From contig BROI01000005.1 in assembly GCA_027923505.1 (NCBI GenBank), forward strand, positions 558,001 to 622,000: a DNA stretch of 64,000 nt. The letters run 5' to 3'. This DNA is from Mayamaea pseudoterrestris. Lineage: Eukaryota. Each line of letters opens with the position of its first letter. Position 1 is the first letter of the stretch. The notes beneath the pieces are model-generated. The model was given only the letters and a program-made list of their open reading frames with translations. It made no database searches and was not told the origin of the DNA. Of this stretch, positions 34,042 to 47,158 are shown piece by piece. Position numbers and translations under genes: made by a program.

Positions 34042-35886
34042 CTATGCCTTCATCTCCGCTCTATACCAACTGTTGTTGCCAAGCCCCCGAACATTCCAAG
34101 TCCCATCCGACGACTCTGGCTGTACATTAAAAGCCAAGTCTACCGCCTTGGAAGCTATACGAATCGTTCCATTCTCATTCACAATCGCCTCGGGCACTTC
34201 GCACTCCCAAAAGGTCCAGGCCCACGCTCGACCAAACTTTTGATCCCTTCCCTGCAGTAACTGTGCCGTGTTCCACGTCTTGCCATCATCACCCGTCACA
34301 TCGACCCGCACAATGTTGCGGCCACCGCCGGCCCACGCCCATCCTTGCACCTTGACCTTGACGCGATCACCAGGCTTTGGTTGCTCGTCGGTCAATCGCT
34401 CCATTTTGGTAATGCCAGAAAATACACTAACCTCCATCATGGATGGCATTTCCTTCAAGTCAATACCTTTGGCATCAGTAACATTGGGTGGAAGCGTCTT
34501 GTAGTTGAGTCCCCGCTGCCATGGACCCTCCGCTTCCTGCTTGGCCAGTTCAATTTTTTCCACCCACTTGACGTTTCGAACCGCCGCATACCCCGGCACC
34601 AGTATGCGTACTGGAAACCCATGCTCCCGCGGCAATGGTTCTCCATTCATTTCGTAGCAAACCAAAACGTCGCCGTAGGGATTGCATGCCTTTTCAATGC
34701 CAATGGATGCCGACATGCCATCGAGCGAGTGAAAGCGCACATGCTCCAAATGCAAATCTTCCTCCGCCGCAATGCAGTCGTCAACACCAGCCAGCTTCAA
34801 AACGTCGCGCAGTAACACACCTGTAAAGGTGGCCGTCGAAACAGCGCCCTGCCCCCAGGGCGTTCCGGATGTGCGCTGGAAAATGTTGAAGCCGCTCCGG
34901 CGGTTGCCGGAACATTGCAGCGTGGCCGTCACCGTTTTGGACGGTAGTTGCTTGAGTTCGTCCAACGACAGTTCCAACACTTTACCACCAGGTGCATAGG
35001 CACTGCAGTTCACTTTGAGTTTGTAATCTTTGACTTGATTGGCATTCAAAAATGGCACTGGATGATGGTGTCGAATGTAAAATAGCGCCGTCGGCGTCAA
35101 GTAGCTTTGCGTCAACAAATTGGTTGGCACTTCGGCGTTCATGGGAGTGTCGGAATGAACAATCAGACTGCGATGCCTTGACGGCTCCTTGCCGTAGGGA
35201 TCGTCTTGACTGAGTTGCTCGAGTGATTCGTCAATTTCTGCTTGATCCTGCTCGCGCAGTCGACCAATCGCCATGCGCTCCATGAGTTTGAGTGGAAGCT
35301 CACTGGCAAAGTGCTGTCTGTATAGATGCCAGTATGGTTCAATGGCACCTCCAGCCGCCTGACTAATCTTTTCACTGCCACCAGGATGGTTCGGTATGAA
35401 GTTGGTAACGTCGTAAACGGTTCCTCCATAAGTCATCCACATGGGTGTGCCGTCTTGGCCATTGTTTTCGGAAACTTGCTCGCTCGTGTAGACTGGAAGT
35501 GACGCATAGTAGGCGTCTTCCTCGTCACTGTCGTCGCGCTCGTCGTTGGCAACGTACGCTGGACTCAAGTTGGAGCGAGTCTTGCGGCGATTCTTTGTCT
35601 CCTTGTCGTTGGATGGGGCTTGCTCGCAATTAGTCGTCGTCGTCGTCGTAAAGGAATACGCTGATGCTGCTGATGCTGCCAAGACTGCAGCCACGGCAAG
35701 TACATGAAATTCGCTATGCTCGTTGGCCTGGTCGTTCAAAACGCTCACTGCTGCAGCTTGATGGTACCTGAATGAAGACCCATGCGTGAGTCGTGCAGCA
35801 AGTGGCTTGTTCAAAGCGAGGCGGTTCGCGGTGAGAAGCCGCGACTTGCTCGCGCTGCTAAACGAATTATATACAAGTCGCATCAT
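34042..35886 (-). CDS. SUOX: Sulfite oxidase (cytochrome b5, Moco and dimerisation domains), mitochondrial
   Basis: YDVTNFIPNHPGG (b5), FYIRHHHPVP, LQCSGNRR, HGFPVR, GWAWAGGGRNIVRVDV, WNVRGL. Confidence 0.95.
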   Translation of the reverse strand: MMRLVYNSFSSASKSRLLTANRLALNKPLAARLTHGSSFRYHQAAAVSVLNDQANEHSEFHVLAVAAVLAASAASAYSFTTTTTTNCEQAPSNDKETKNRRKTRSNLSPAYVANDERDDSDEEDAYYASLPVYTSEQVSENNGQDGTPMWMTYGGTVYDVTNFIPNHPGGSEKISQAAGGAIEPYWHLYRQHFASELPLKLMERMAIGRLREQDQAEIDESLEQLSQDDPYGKEPSRHRSLIVHSDTPMNAEVPTNLLTQSYLTPTALFYIRHHHPVPFLNANQVKDYKLKVNCSAYAPGGKVLELSLDELKQLPSKTVTATLQCSGNRRSGFNIFQRTSGTPWGQGAVSTATFTGVLLRDVLKLAGVDDCIAAEEDLHLEHVRFHSLDGMSASIGIEKACNPYGDVLVCYEMNGEPLPREHGFPVRILVPGYAAVRNVKWVEKIELAKQEAEGPWQRGLNYKTLPPNVTDAKGIDLKEMPSMMEVSVFSGITKMERLTDEQPKPGDRVKVKVQGWAWAGGGRNIVRVDVTGDDGKTWNTAQLLQGRDQKFGRAWAWTFWECEVPEAIVNENGTIRIASKAVDLAFNVQPESSDGTWNVRGLGNNSWYRAEMKA

Positions 35887-36217
35887 TGTCTTGCTAATTG
35901 CCGTGTTTATACAAATGAAGTAGCAGCAATATATAGAGCTTCTCGTTGTTGTTGCTGCCTTGATCGCGGAGTATCTGGCCGTTGCTTTGATGGACGAAAG
36001 GATCGCTCGAGTCGTACATCAAGTCGTAGCGGTAGTCGTACTGGTACTTGAATGCGTCATCACTGCACGACGAAAAAGGATCTCGTGGTCGCGCGACGAT
36101 GATCGAAAGTAGATCATCTTCCAATTCACCCATCAATAATATCCAAGTTTGCACCTTCCGATTGAGCAAGCTGTGTCAAGGAGCTCCTGAGAGTCGGACG
36201 CGACAATCATTCGAAGT

Positions 36218-38764
36218 ATGTCCAAGCGACTATCAGCAGCCATCGTTGCGCTACTGTACTGCACCGCTGCCGTCGACGCGTTTACGTTTCCATTGGCAGC
36301 ACGATGCCGACAGACTTGTCACATTGGATTTCCAAAAAATCATGCGGCATCGTATCGACTAACGAGTCGCATTCGCGTGACGCCGTCGTCCGACGAAAAA
36401 GGCAGCAGCAGAGGTGCAGCTTCGACGGACGATGGAACGAATGACGCAACTACGACGCAGCGCACGCCATTCTTGGCTCGCATCAAGGAAGTCTTTCAAC
36501 GAAACAAGAATAACAATGATGAAAACGAAGAAGCAAATGAAAAAGGAGAAATTACAACGTCTTTGCAAGCTGCTGCTACGTCGACAGCATCTTCTTCGTC
36601 TGCATCATCATTGTCTGCTTCATCATCGGCGACACCTCCAATCAACGAATCTCCATCGGATCAAGCCAGTCGCTTTCGAGCGCAGGCCGACAAGATGAGA
36701 CTCGAGGCGGATCGCTTGGACGCGGAACTGACGCTGCGCAAGATTGACAAGTTGGAGCGCGACATTGTGGCGGCTCAAAAGCTTAGCGGCGAAGAAGACG
36801 GCAAGACCAAGCAAAAACTCGAGCAGCTGGTTGCGGAAATGGACATGCTGCAGCGCAAACTACTGGGTGAGCCACAATCCGTTGCTTCGACCAAATCGCC
36901 AGCTGCAGCGTCGAATCAGTCAAGGAAGAGCACGCCATTAACGAAACCTGCAACTACCGAAAGCAATATCAGCAAAAAAAGCAAAATTTCGTTTGAACCA
37001 ATGGTCAAGGTTGCTTTTCCAAACCCGGAAGGCATGGACATTGACACAATTGCGGAGGAACTTGAGAAAATTCCCGGCTTTGCCCTCAAGAGCATGGCAT
37101 CCTTTGTCGACTTGGACTACGACTCGGCCGAAGATATTGACAAGCGCGAACTGGCCAAGCGCATGGATCAAATGCGACGAAACGACTTTTCCTTCATCGA
37201 CAAGCCACCTCCACCGCCGTTTTCGAGTCGACAGATTGAGGAGCGCGCGAAGGAAATACGAGAGGGAAGCATGGAGGCAAAGTTGTATCCGTGGGACATG
37301 ATGGTGAGCAGTCTTGAAATTGACGAAACAGCAAACGGTGTACAGCGCAACGAGACGGAACTAGCCATTCAGTCGCTCCAGTATGAATACTACATTGGTG
37401 ATCAAAACATTGACATTGATAAAATTATTAGTGACGAGGAGTGGCTGCAACCAGTTATTGCTGCATTGAACAAGACGGCGATTGACGCGGCGCTGGAAAC
37501 CTTGTATCCAGTCTGCACGCGCAAGCCCGACAATATTCCGACGGACGCTCAAATACAGCAACTTGCGAGTGCAGTCTTGCCCAAGGCAGGCTTTGCGAGT
37601 ACATCGAAACCGGAGCGAGTATCCGGTGGATTCATTATTCGAGGCAAGAGCAAGTTGGAGAATGGTAACAAGCTGATTGATGCCATTGACGCGGAAATGG
37701 CTAAAACGTCGCTTGCCAACAAGCTGACGGTTGTTTATACACCAGATCACTCTGCCTTTGTCGATGACGAGGCAATGGAACAAATGATGAGTACTGATGA
37801 AATACCAAGCATTTTGTATGTGCTGGGACCTGATATAGTGCGTGAACAAAGGCGCGTCGCGCTGTCGACAACGTCTGCGCTCGGTCTTGCGACTGCTTGG
37901 TACCTGTCGATATATCCGTATTTGCTGAATACTGGACTCTCCAAGCGCATTGAAGAAGACTTGGCACTAGTCGATTCCGGCATGTCGCCGGATCTTGCGT
38001 GGTTGACCGACCTTTCAATTCCACTGTTTGCAATATTTTTTGGCATACAAGTGCTGCATGAGCTTGGTCATCGCGCCGCTGCTGCCGCTAATGGAGTCAA
38101 GCTAACTTTTCCAGCCTTTGTGCCGTCCATCATTACGGGCATAACAAGTACTGTTACATCGTTCAAGTCTCCACCAAAGAACAAGGATGCCATGTTTGAC
38201 GTTGCGGTGGCTGGTCCTTTGACTGGAATGATTGCTTCAATAGCGGCCATTGCACTTGGAGCATCTCTGACACTGAGCAGCGATCCATCGCTACTACCAG
38301 CGCTGCCACTTCAGATATTACGACAAAGCACATTAGGAGGCGGCCTCATCGAATCAGTTCTCGGTGCAGGTGTATTGGCAGTACCGAGCGGAGCTGAAAA
38401 TTCAGCACAAATCGCTGCTATTACAATTCCTCTTCACCCACTGGCTGTTGCAGGATATATTTCACTCATTGTAAATGCCTTGTCGCTCGTGCCGGTTGGT
38501 ACAACAGATGGTGGTCGAGTCGCGCTTACACTTTTTGGACGTGGTGCGAAGCTTCTGATAGGAAATGTTTTCTTAACGGCATTATTCTGCATAGGCGCTT
38601 CAGGCAGCGACCTATTCCTGTTTTATTTTGGCTTTGTCCTCGCCTTCCAAACCGGGAACGAGATACCGTCGAGAAACGAAGTCGACCCACTCAGCTTTGA
38701 GCGGGTGCTAGTTGCAACAGCAGGGATTGTTTTGATGCTTCTTACGCTGATCCCGTTCCAATAA
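36218..38764 (+). CDS. Peptidase M50 (site-2, EGY-like) membrane metalloprotease, probably plastid-targeted
   Basis: Signal peptide ending DA-F; HELGH, DVAVAGP and NALSLVPVGTTDGG motifs; several TM helices. Confidence 0.88.
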   Translation: MSKRLSAAIVALLYCTAAVDAFTFPLAARCRQTCHIGFPKNHAASYRLTSRIRVTPSSDEKGSSRGAASTDDGTNDATTTQRTPFLARIKEVFQRNKNNNDENEEANEKGEITTSLQAAATSTASSSSASSLSASSSATPPINESPSDQASRFRAQADKMRLEADRLDAELTLRKIDKLERDIVAAQKLSGEEDGKTKQKLEQLVAEMDMLQRKLLGEPQSVASTKSPAAASNQSRKSTPLTKPATTESNISKKSKISFEPMVKVAFPNPEGMDIDTIAEELEKIPGFALKSMASFVDLDYDSAEDIDKRELAKRMDQMRRNDFSFIDKPPPPPFSSRQIEERAKEIREGSMEAKLYPWDMMVSSLEIDETANGVQRNETELAIQSLQYEYYIGDQNIDIDKIISDEEWLQPVIAALNKTAIDAALETLYPVCTRKPDNIPTDAQIQQLASAVLPKAGFASTSKPERVSGGFIIRGKSKLENGNKLIDAIDAEMAKTSLANKLTVVYTPDHSAFVDDEAMEQMMSTDEIPSILYVLGPDIVREQRRVALSTTSALGLATAWYLSIYPYLLNTGLSKRIEEDLALVDSGMSPDLAWLTDLSIPLFAIFFGIQVLHELGHRAAAAANGVKLTFPAFVPSIITGITSTVTSFKSPPKNKDAMFDVAVAGPLTGMIASIAAIALGASLTLSSDPSLLPALPLQILRQSTLGGGLIESVLGAGVLAVPSGAENSAQIAAITIPLHPLAVAGYISLIVNALSLVPVGTTDGGRVALTLFGRGAKLLIGNVFLTALFCIGASGSDLFLFYFGFVLAFQTGNEIPSRNEVDPLSFERVLVATAGIVLMLLTLIPFQ

Positions 38765-38821
38765 TGCCCGAAGAACATAGAGTGTGTAAATAACAATAGA
38801 ATTGGTATTGCTAGCTCGTGT

Positions 38822-41569
38822 CTAGGCAGGTAGAGGAGCAAGCGCTAGCACGACCACCAAACCAGTTGCAAGAGCCAATCCAGATCGAACGAGATCAACC
38901 TCCTGGACTTCATTCTTCACAGGACCTTCAAGTTCCCTTTGCCAAATGACACAAAATAAAGAGTACAGTAAAAGCGAATCCGACCCATCGGCACCCAGCA
39001 GACCAGCAACGCACAACATTACCAAAGTAAATGCGTTGATGACGAACGCGATATGCCGTCCGAAAATAGATACACTGATGCGTCCGCCGTCTGTATCTGT
39101 TCGTTGGCGGGAGCGATGCAGCTGAGTAAACATTGAGCAAAAGGCACACGTAGCGCATGTCAACGTCTACTTACTTCCAAGTGGCAGAAGAGCCAAAGCA
39201 TTCGAAAACATGCCCACAAAACCAGCAATGGCCGTCGAGTGCAGCGGAACAAATGTGTCTGCGCCTGTCGTTTCGTGAAGAGCACCTTTCCCAAGCAAAA
39301 ATTCGATCAAACCTCCACCCAATGCACTTGATCGAAGTAATGAAGTCGGTAGAGCTGGTAGCAGGGCAATATTCTCTGGACTCAGTGATGCCGTAACATT
39401 AAGCCCGTAAACTAGAAGGGCAATGGAGGCCGCCAAGCCAGCCAGCGGACCAGCCAGCGAGAAATCAAAAAGCGATCTCAAACTTGGAGGCGGCGATTCA
39501 ATCGGCGTGATTGCTCCTAACATACCGAGGTTAACGGATGGGACTAGGGAAGGTAGTCCCACAGCAAAGTCGTCTCGAAAAGCTACGGCCCTATGCGCAG
39601 CTTCGTGTAAAATCTGGATGGCGAGCAATGATCCAATAACGGAAAAGGCTGGGCCTGCGAGCAAAGTTATGTCGTCCCCGATCTGGTCATGAACTGCTGG
39701 TTGAAACTCGGAAGCGACGACACTAAAAGCAACCACCGCTGCAATCCCTAAACTTGTAACAAGCACCTTTTTGACCACTCCACCATGATCGTAAAAAGTA
39801 GTTGGGTCTTTGGCGGTAACAAGGAACAGTTGTTCGTCTTCATAACCCATTTCAATGAGCTCGTCCGCCATGGGTGATGGATTCTCAATGTAGAAGTACT
39901 CCAACTGATTCTTTAAATCAGCGTCCAACATTTTTTCAACCTTTGCCATAAGCTTGACTCCTTCGGGATCATCTGATATTTGGTTTTCGCCCTTGACGTA
40001 CCATCCACCCAGCACTCGCTCCGGTTTGCTGGTCACCATGAATGTTCGTCGACCGAGTTTGGCCGCAAAGGCGTTCACTAGTTCAAGACTCGGATGCTGT
40101 CCCTCCATGCGCGCAACGTGTGGGTATAGCTCCTCAATATAACGGCTTCGATCAACAAAGTCAATATCGCTATACTCTGGCAAATCAGGGAGACTGCTGC
40201 CCGTCGCACTCTCAAAGATTGCACTCTGCAGCTTGGACCAGGCGGCATCGCTTCCATCAAACCCTTTTCCCAAAGCTTTCACAATCGTGTCCACAGAGCA
40301 GTCTTCCTTCAAATTCATTTTGTTTGCCAAGTAGTTGCGAAGTATTGTCGGTAATGTTTCTACAGCTGCTCTCGTTTCATCTACCATTTCCTTCTTCATC
40401 GGTGCATACTCTGCAACCTGCTCCAGAAGTTGCATCTGCTGCTCATAATAATCAAGCATGATTGCTAGCTCTAACGAATCATCTGCATTTGCATTCTGAG
40501 CTCGTTTGTAGAGAGCCTGTAGTGTCAATGGAAGGCTGCCAACAGCCTCGAGTCGAGCCTGGAGTTCATCGTCCGTCATGGGCGCAAGGTTGAGACAAAC
40601 ATTGTCGCTATATGTATAAACGCCTTCCTCATTTATTGTCTTTTCTGTCTGATCAATTTCGCGCTTCAATTGCGTCTTTTCCACCGAGCTCGAACTGGCG
40701 AGGTACTGCTTCTTCAAGTCATCGAGTCGCTGAATATCCTCCATTGGCTCGACGACTGCTTGGCGAATCTTGTTTTCAAAGTGTGCTCGAAGGACGGGAT
40801 CAGCTCGAAAGGCGGCTAGCTTGTCGTCAATTGTTGCGTTTGGCATTTTCTGTTCAATGTTTTGAGCAATGGGCAAGTACATTTTCAAATCTTCTTCGTC
40901 AAAGCCATAGAGTGGAGTCTTCTCCTTTAGCTGAGGTGCAGCTCCGGTTCGTGGGTTTCGAGGTATACTCTCTGATACCACTAATTCTTCTTCATCCACC
41001 AACTTATTCTCAGCAAACGATTGCTTTGATGTTGTACTAAAGTATACTGGTTTTGATGGATCATTTGCTGGCTCGACTGCCTTTTGCAAAAGTTGCTCTT
41101 TAACAGGCGCTGGGTCCTCAATTGGTTGCTGCAACTTCAGTTGGAGCGCTTCGAGTTGTCGCTCCAACTTTTCTCGCTCGTCAGGCTTGTCTTCCAATTT
41201 CTTGGACTTGCTGCTGCTCAGTTTTCGTTCAATAGCCTCAATTTTGCTCAAAGTCAAAGCCATGTCAAGCTGGGCCGCTTCAAGACGAATGCGTTCTGCA
41301 TCCTGCTTCCATCGGGCCACTTGATCCGACAATTCAGTCGTCGTTGTAATTTTCGAAGTCTCTTCTTCAATAGCCAGCGATGCATCTATTACCATGTAGC
41401 GAGTTACATCATTCAAAGTAGAAAGAATTCGAATTACACCTCTCCGTTTTGTAGCCCTCGCCATCTCATCGTGCCGATTGAATGAGTGCCGAGGATTGAA
41501 TGCCCCAACAGGTGCGACACTGCTCGTCACAGCCACCAGAATTAGCAGTAATCTCTCTGATAGACTCAT
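38822..41569 (-). CDS. Second peptidase M50 (EGY-like) protease
   Basis: Signal peptide ending GA-F; HEAAH, FSLAGP and NALALLPLG-NTDGG across intron 39097-39174. Confidence 0.88.
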
Positions 41570-41786
41570 CGTCCTCCTGCTGAGTAATGTCTACAATTTT
41601 GTTATGAAATTCGAATGTGATTCACAGTCAATTGCTGATCTTTGAAGATGATGGATCGCGACGAGATGTCGCACTAGTAACGCTACGATATTTCCTATCC
41701 ATTATTTTGACATTGCAAGGATGCTATAGGAATGTTAACAAGTAAGTAAAGTACAGCGATTATAGCGGCCTTTACCTTGTCAAGTG

Positions 41787-43440
41787 TCACCTCTTCTTGC
41801 AGTTTGTCTCGTTAAACGGCGACCATTCGGTCACAAACCGAACGCCATTTCGCTTCACGGCTCGATAAATGGCAAGATTGACTTGCTGCAAGTCCTCCCA
41901 ATACTTTTTTCCAATTGGCTTGCCGTAGTGATGTGTATCAACCACAATCTCCAAGTGCGTCGCGCGAAAATGTCTCCAGGTGGCGCGAAACTACAAATTA
42001 AAGGAAATGAGAGGGTTAGTGAACGATAGCAAGTCCTTCCGCAGCTATCAAGATCCGGCCATTACACACTCACCGGCTTGCTACCGTCTGTAATCACGTC
42101 CTTGCAGCTGAGTTTTATCTCCTGCATTATATCGTCAAGACATTGCGGTAGCTTCTCCGCATCGTCGTAATGAAAGCGAAGCGTTTGCTGAATCTGACAA
42201 ACTGTACACCGCGACACGTTTCGCACTCGCTGCATGCCAAGCTCATTGTTTGGAACAACTTCTAGCAGATTGTCATAGTTTCGAATCGTTGTTTGCATCC
42301 ATCCGATCTTATGCACGGCGCCAACCGTTCCATCACCAAACTTGACATGCTCGCCCTGCACAAAGCGATTCGTCGTGCTCAAGGCTAGTCCATTGACCAG
42401 CATGGAAGCCAAGTCTCGTGATGCTAAACCAATTATGAGTGTGCCGGCCTGTCAAAAGTAGTAAAATGCGACATGGTTGGCTATGAATGATCAATCGCTC
42501 ATGCGAGCCCCGCATCTTTACTTACACTTCCAAACGCAAACATGCTAGTCACGCCAACTCCCATTTCAACGTCCAAAATATCCAGCAAAAGCATAATGGT
42601 GCACAAGAAAATGATTCCGTCCAGCAATCGATCCACGACGCTCGTCTGTCCGCGCAGCAACAATGGCTGCTGCTGCAACGATGCTTGCCCCGCTGGTGGC
42701 AACGGTCGGTTCATCTTGACGCTGCCATTCGTTGGCTCGTCACTACTCATCATCACGACTTGATTCAGCACGTAGCGCTTCAGCACGGCCAATCGCTGGG
42801 CGGCCCAGGCAATGTACAAAATCTTGGCAAAGCCAAAGGATAAATTCTCCATGTTTCGACAAAAACCCAAGCCAACCAGTATTTTGAACAGCAAATCGGT
42901 GCAAAAGACCATTGAGGACAGTCGCGCCACTTGTGAAACGTGATCAACGAGTTGAAAAAGATAAGAGTCTTCAAAGATCCAAGCAGGTGTCGTAGTATTA
43001 GACGTCGTCTTGTAACTCTTGCTAGTGCTACTGCAGTCATTCATGTATTCGTCGTCGTCAGATTCACACGCATCTCGCAAATCATGCCGCCGATACCGAC
43101 ACTTGACAGCGGCGCACTGCTTGTACAAGCTTCTACAGGCTGGTACCATCACCCATCCCGCTAGAAACAGTAACAAGCAGTCGCGCAAGCGAATCGTTTC
43201 CATCAACACTTTGATCATGACCACTATATCGGACAGTGATGGAGACAATGCAAGTGTTGTTATTGTCACGCGAGGATACAACACGTAGGGAGTCTTGTGA
43301 CTATTCGTCAAGCTGCTCGCGTCTGGCAGCCAGGATGCTCGGGGGTTTCGTTGATTTCTACTGCACGTCTTGTATAGCAAAGTTGGCACCGATTCGAGGA
43401 GAAGCGTTCGAAGGCGAGCAAATGTAGAATTCATAGTCAT
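41787..43440 (-). CDS. Small-conductance mechanosensitive channel (MscS family), three exons
   Basis: TM helices, FGS..GTLIIGLASRDLA, GAVHKIGWMQTTIRNYDN..VPN; last exon FRATW...IVVDTH...AIYRAVKRNGV. Start codon uncertain. Confidence 0.82.
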
Positions 43441-43779
43441 GATGGTGCTAATGCTGCTAGCTTCATAAAGAGACTGTAGTCACAATTAGCTCTAGTACAA
43501 TTGATTTGCTTCCTCTAACACAACAATACGACCAAGACCTCACTACTGTAACATATTCATGCCAGATTCTGCGAGGCAGATTCGCAAACCGATCGAGTTT
43601 GTGACTTGCAAAACCTCCAAGTGTCGACAATGTCGCATAGGGACTTAATCCGTGCCAAGACTAAAATATCAATGATAATTCAGGATGCAAAAACATATGC
43701 CCCAACCGTTTTCAATTTTCTGGATTCCACTCGTGGCTTGCGCGATCTTGTCGGCCATGGAGATGCGAGCGAGCACTTC

Positions 43780-45870
43780 ATGGCGAACGGAGCTCAATAC
43801 ACCATCGTTGCGCCAACTGATACCATGACGCTACCCAATGACAAATTTATCATAAATCAAGACTCCAAGCGAGAGGCGGGAAATAATGATTCCGAGCAAC
43901 CGGAAACGTCGTTTACTTTTCGTCAAAAAGATTCAGGAGCTGCTGCTGCTGACGATGACAATTTTAACGATGACATGAAGAATCAGCCTGCTACTATTGA
44001 TCATTCAGAACCACTACAATCAAGTTATGGATCGTCCTCGCGCCGCCGCATGCTGCAGAATCACTTCATGCCGCTCTTTACGCATCCGCAGCAGCGGCAA
44101 CGATGGGGCGACAGTCAGCTACATCCCCATAAAAATTGGGGTGACGTCTTTTTCGATCTATTCTATGTGGCAGCGTGAGTAGTGAATTTGATAATGATAA
44201 AAAGTGACTGTAATGGAGCGGAACGCGACTTTTATCATTGCTAAATTTTTGCTGCTCATCATCATGCGCTTCCGTCGCTGCTCTCACCCTGCTCGTACAT
44301 TTTCCAATCAGCGCCTACAATCTCGGACACTTGCTCAAAGCCGATCCAGCACCAAGAGGTCTCCTTTACCTCATTGGCTGCTTCCTACCCATTATGGGTT
44401 TATGGGCTACCAAAATGTTGTATGACTGCCGCTTCTTTGTCGGCAATGACCTTTGGCACCGCCTTTTGGAAATTTGTAAGCTCGTTTGCCTAGCGACGGC
44501 GGTATGGAGCATTCGCGACGTTGCAATCATGTCGCATCCATCCGACTACCCCGACATGTTTCACTACTGCGCCGGCGTGACGGGGGCGTTGGTGGTGGTG
44601 CAGATTCGATTCTGGGAAATCATCGTTTGTCAGCTTTTGAACAAAAAAGGCTTATTTCCAGAAGCTTTCTACGTGGCGCGGCGAGACTTGATTTGGACGG
44701 GAGTGCAACTTGCCTTTTATTTTGCGGCGACGGTGTACGCTGGTTCCATGTACTTTGGGAATGGGGCGGACAGTAGTGATTACGAAGGCGCGGCGTCGCA
44801 TGCAACGAATTCAAACGCGACGTTGGACGCATCCACTGACGACCACCACCGAAGTTTGGCTTCTGAAATACTTTCAACGAGTGCGAGCGCCATTGATGAC
44901 ACTCCCATTATTCTTTGCATCGTCGGAACTATGCTCGGACAGGTTTTGTTTTCCTTCATTGTCGGTGTATTCCTGTCGCCGCAAATTCGAAAGATTCCAA
45001 TTGAAAGGTAGGTGCTAGTGCTCTACAGAAACGTCGCTTGTCTTGTGACTCACGCAAGCATTCTTATGGTATGTTTAAAGTATCACCGTCCCCATGCACG
45101 TTGAGTACGCGATCCATCGCTACGGCGAGTGGACCATGCTGATGCTCGGTGAGTCAATCTTGTCGCTACTCATTGTCAACGTGGTTGACAGCGAAGACTA
45201 CTATGGAGTCTTTTTCGCGGGTGTCATTGCCATTATCTTTCTGCAGTATGTGCACTTTCGATCGCAGCCAAGCGACCCTGCCGAGCACGCCATGCGTCGG
45301 AGCAGGCTATCGGGCATGCTGGTCAATTATACCTACCAGATATACTCGGCATCGCTAATTATATTGGGATGCACTTATAAAATGTTTCTGTACGAAGTTG
45401 TCGAGGCTACGCAAACAAGCCACGGCCGATTCCGAGTGCTTGGCAAAGTGTTTGACAGGTGGCTCGCTGAAGAAGAAAGTAGCTTGCCGACGGAAGTGCG
45501 CCAACAGAATATTGCAAACCTGTTCAGTGGCTCCATGGCCTGCGTATGGTTGTGTCAAGATATCATGCTACTGGCGCACAAGGGTTTGCACGCAAACTAT
45601 CATCGAGGAGTCGAATGCTCGATTGCCAAGCGAGCAATTTCCGTGTCATTCGTCTTGGTACGAGTCGGCTTGATTGTATTCTTTGCCACGCTCAGCCAGT
45701 ACGAAACGGATCCGGCGCGCCTTGCAGCGATTGGATGCGCCGGAGTGGTCATGCAGTTTTTGTCGCGCGCCGTCGGTACCATGGTCTTTACCGGCAAGGT
45801 CAATAAGCAAGATCGACCCGAAGTGTTTCATCTAAAAGCAAACGATGGATTGTGCTCGGCTCTGGAATAG
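43780..45870 (+). CDS. LtrA-like (low temperature requirement A) multi-pass membrane protein, three exons
   Basis: WGDVFFDLFYVAA-YNLG and HRYGEWTMLMLGESIL motifs. Introns at about 44176-44311 and 45008-45080. Confidence 0.72.
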
Positions 45871-46252
45871 TAATATGAGCGTTTATGTTTTTGATTTGAT
45901 TCTTGTGATTGATGCATCAAGACTGGTAACTTACTTACTTGCTCTTCAAAGGCTTTCGCAAGCGTCACTGCCACTTCGGTATCATGCCAACATTGTGTTT
46001 GTTTGACCATTGGAGTAAGCCTTGCTCATGCAATGACAATCGACTTCTCTACGGAACTTGTGTCATTTAGCAACCAACGGCTTGTTCTCGAGCGAAAGTC
46101 AGTGAGGGAGAGGTAGTCGATGTCGCACCAGTTCTCCTCGAACTCACTCATTCGACACGACATCACAATCGTCGTCACACTTTTTGCGACTGCATCAGCA
46201 CACCCAAGTCGACCGACAGCGCAACCTTTGACATTATCAAGCATTGAACACA

Positions 46253-46991
46253 ATGAAATTCTATCAGAGTTTCCTATGCTTGGTGGCAGTCCAAAGATCT
46301 TTTGCCTTGATCCAGCAAAAGGCATCGCGACGAGCCTTTTTCCAAGCAAGCTCTTCTGCAGCTTTGGCTGCTGTAATTAGTGCCGCGCAACCTTCGCTTG
46401 CCAAAGGAAATTCCAACGCCATTGTGTACGGCGACGAAAGCATCATGAGTCCCAAATCACATGGCACCACGGACCAAAAGGTGCAAGCCGATTTACTCTA
46501 CCAAGTTCCCAATCAATTGGCCGATCGCATCAGCAGCTACACGCGCCACTTGGCCGAGCCGGCTGGCTTCTTTCAGCAAACCAACTTTGAGGAAACGGTG
46601 CTGCAAGCCAAGGGCACGCCAGTGACGTTTTACGACTCGGTGACGGGCAAGGCGCTCTTTCAAGCTCCCATTGGACGCTCCCCGGAGGACTTTATCAGAG
46701 AGAGTCGCGTGCATGGCTGGCCCTCCTTTCGGGAGCAGGAAGTTGTCTGGGACAATGTGCGAGTCTTACGAAACGGCGAGACTGTGGTAAGTGAACGTAC
46801 ATGCAATGTGTGATTGATGGATCATTCGTATGTCTGTCTTGTTGAGCTGTGACTGACTTGCGTTTGCATCAACATCAACATGACAGAGCGTCGACGGCAC
46901 CCATTTGGGTCACAATTTGCCAGATAGAAGCGGAAATCGTTTCTGCATTGATCTTGTATCGATCGCTGGACGTCCGGTCAATGGAGTTTAG
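46253..46991 (+). CDS. MsrB/SelR-like protein with a plastid/thylakoid-type presequence
   Basis: GWPSF, HLGH and RFCI motifs; SRRAFF twin-Arg-like segment. Intron at about 46787-46886. Confidence 0.7.
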
Positions 46992-47158
46992 ACTACTTCT
47001 GAACTAATGGTGGAAATGTTTGACAAGCACAGTCACGATTCGCTTATTGCAGAGAACAATTTTACATCAATGTATACCAGTAACAGCCTGCTCAACACAC
47101 AGTAGTTTACAAAGACAGGGCTTGTATAATGATATCTAGGGCTGCAGTCCATTAGCAT

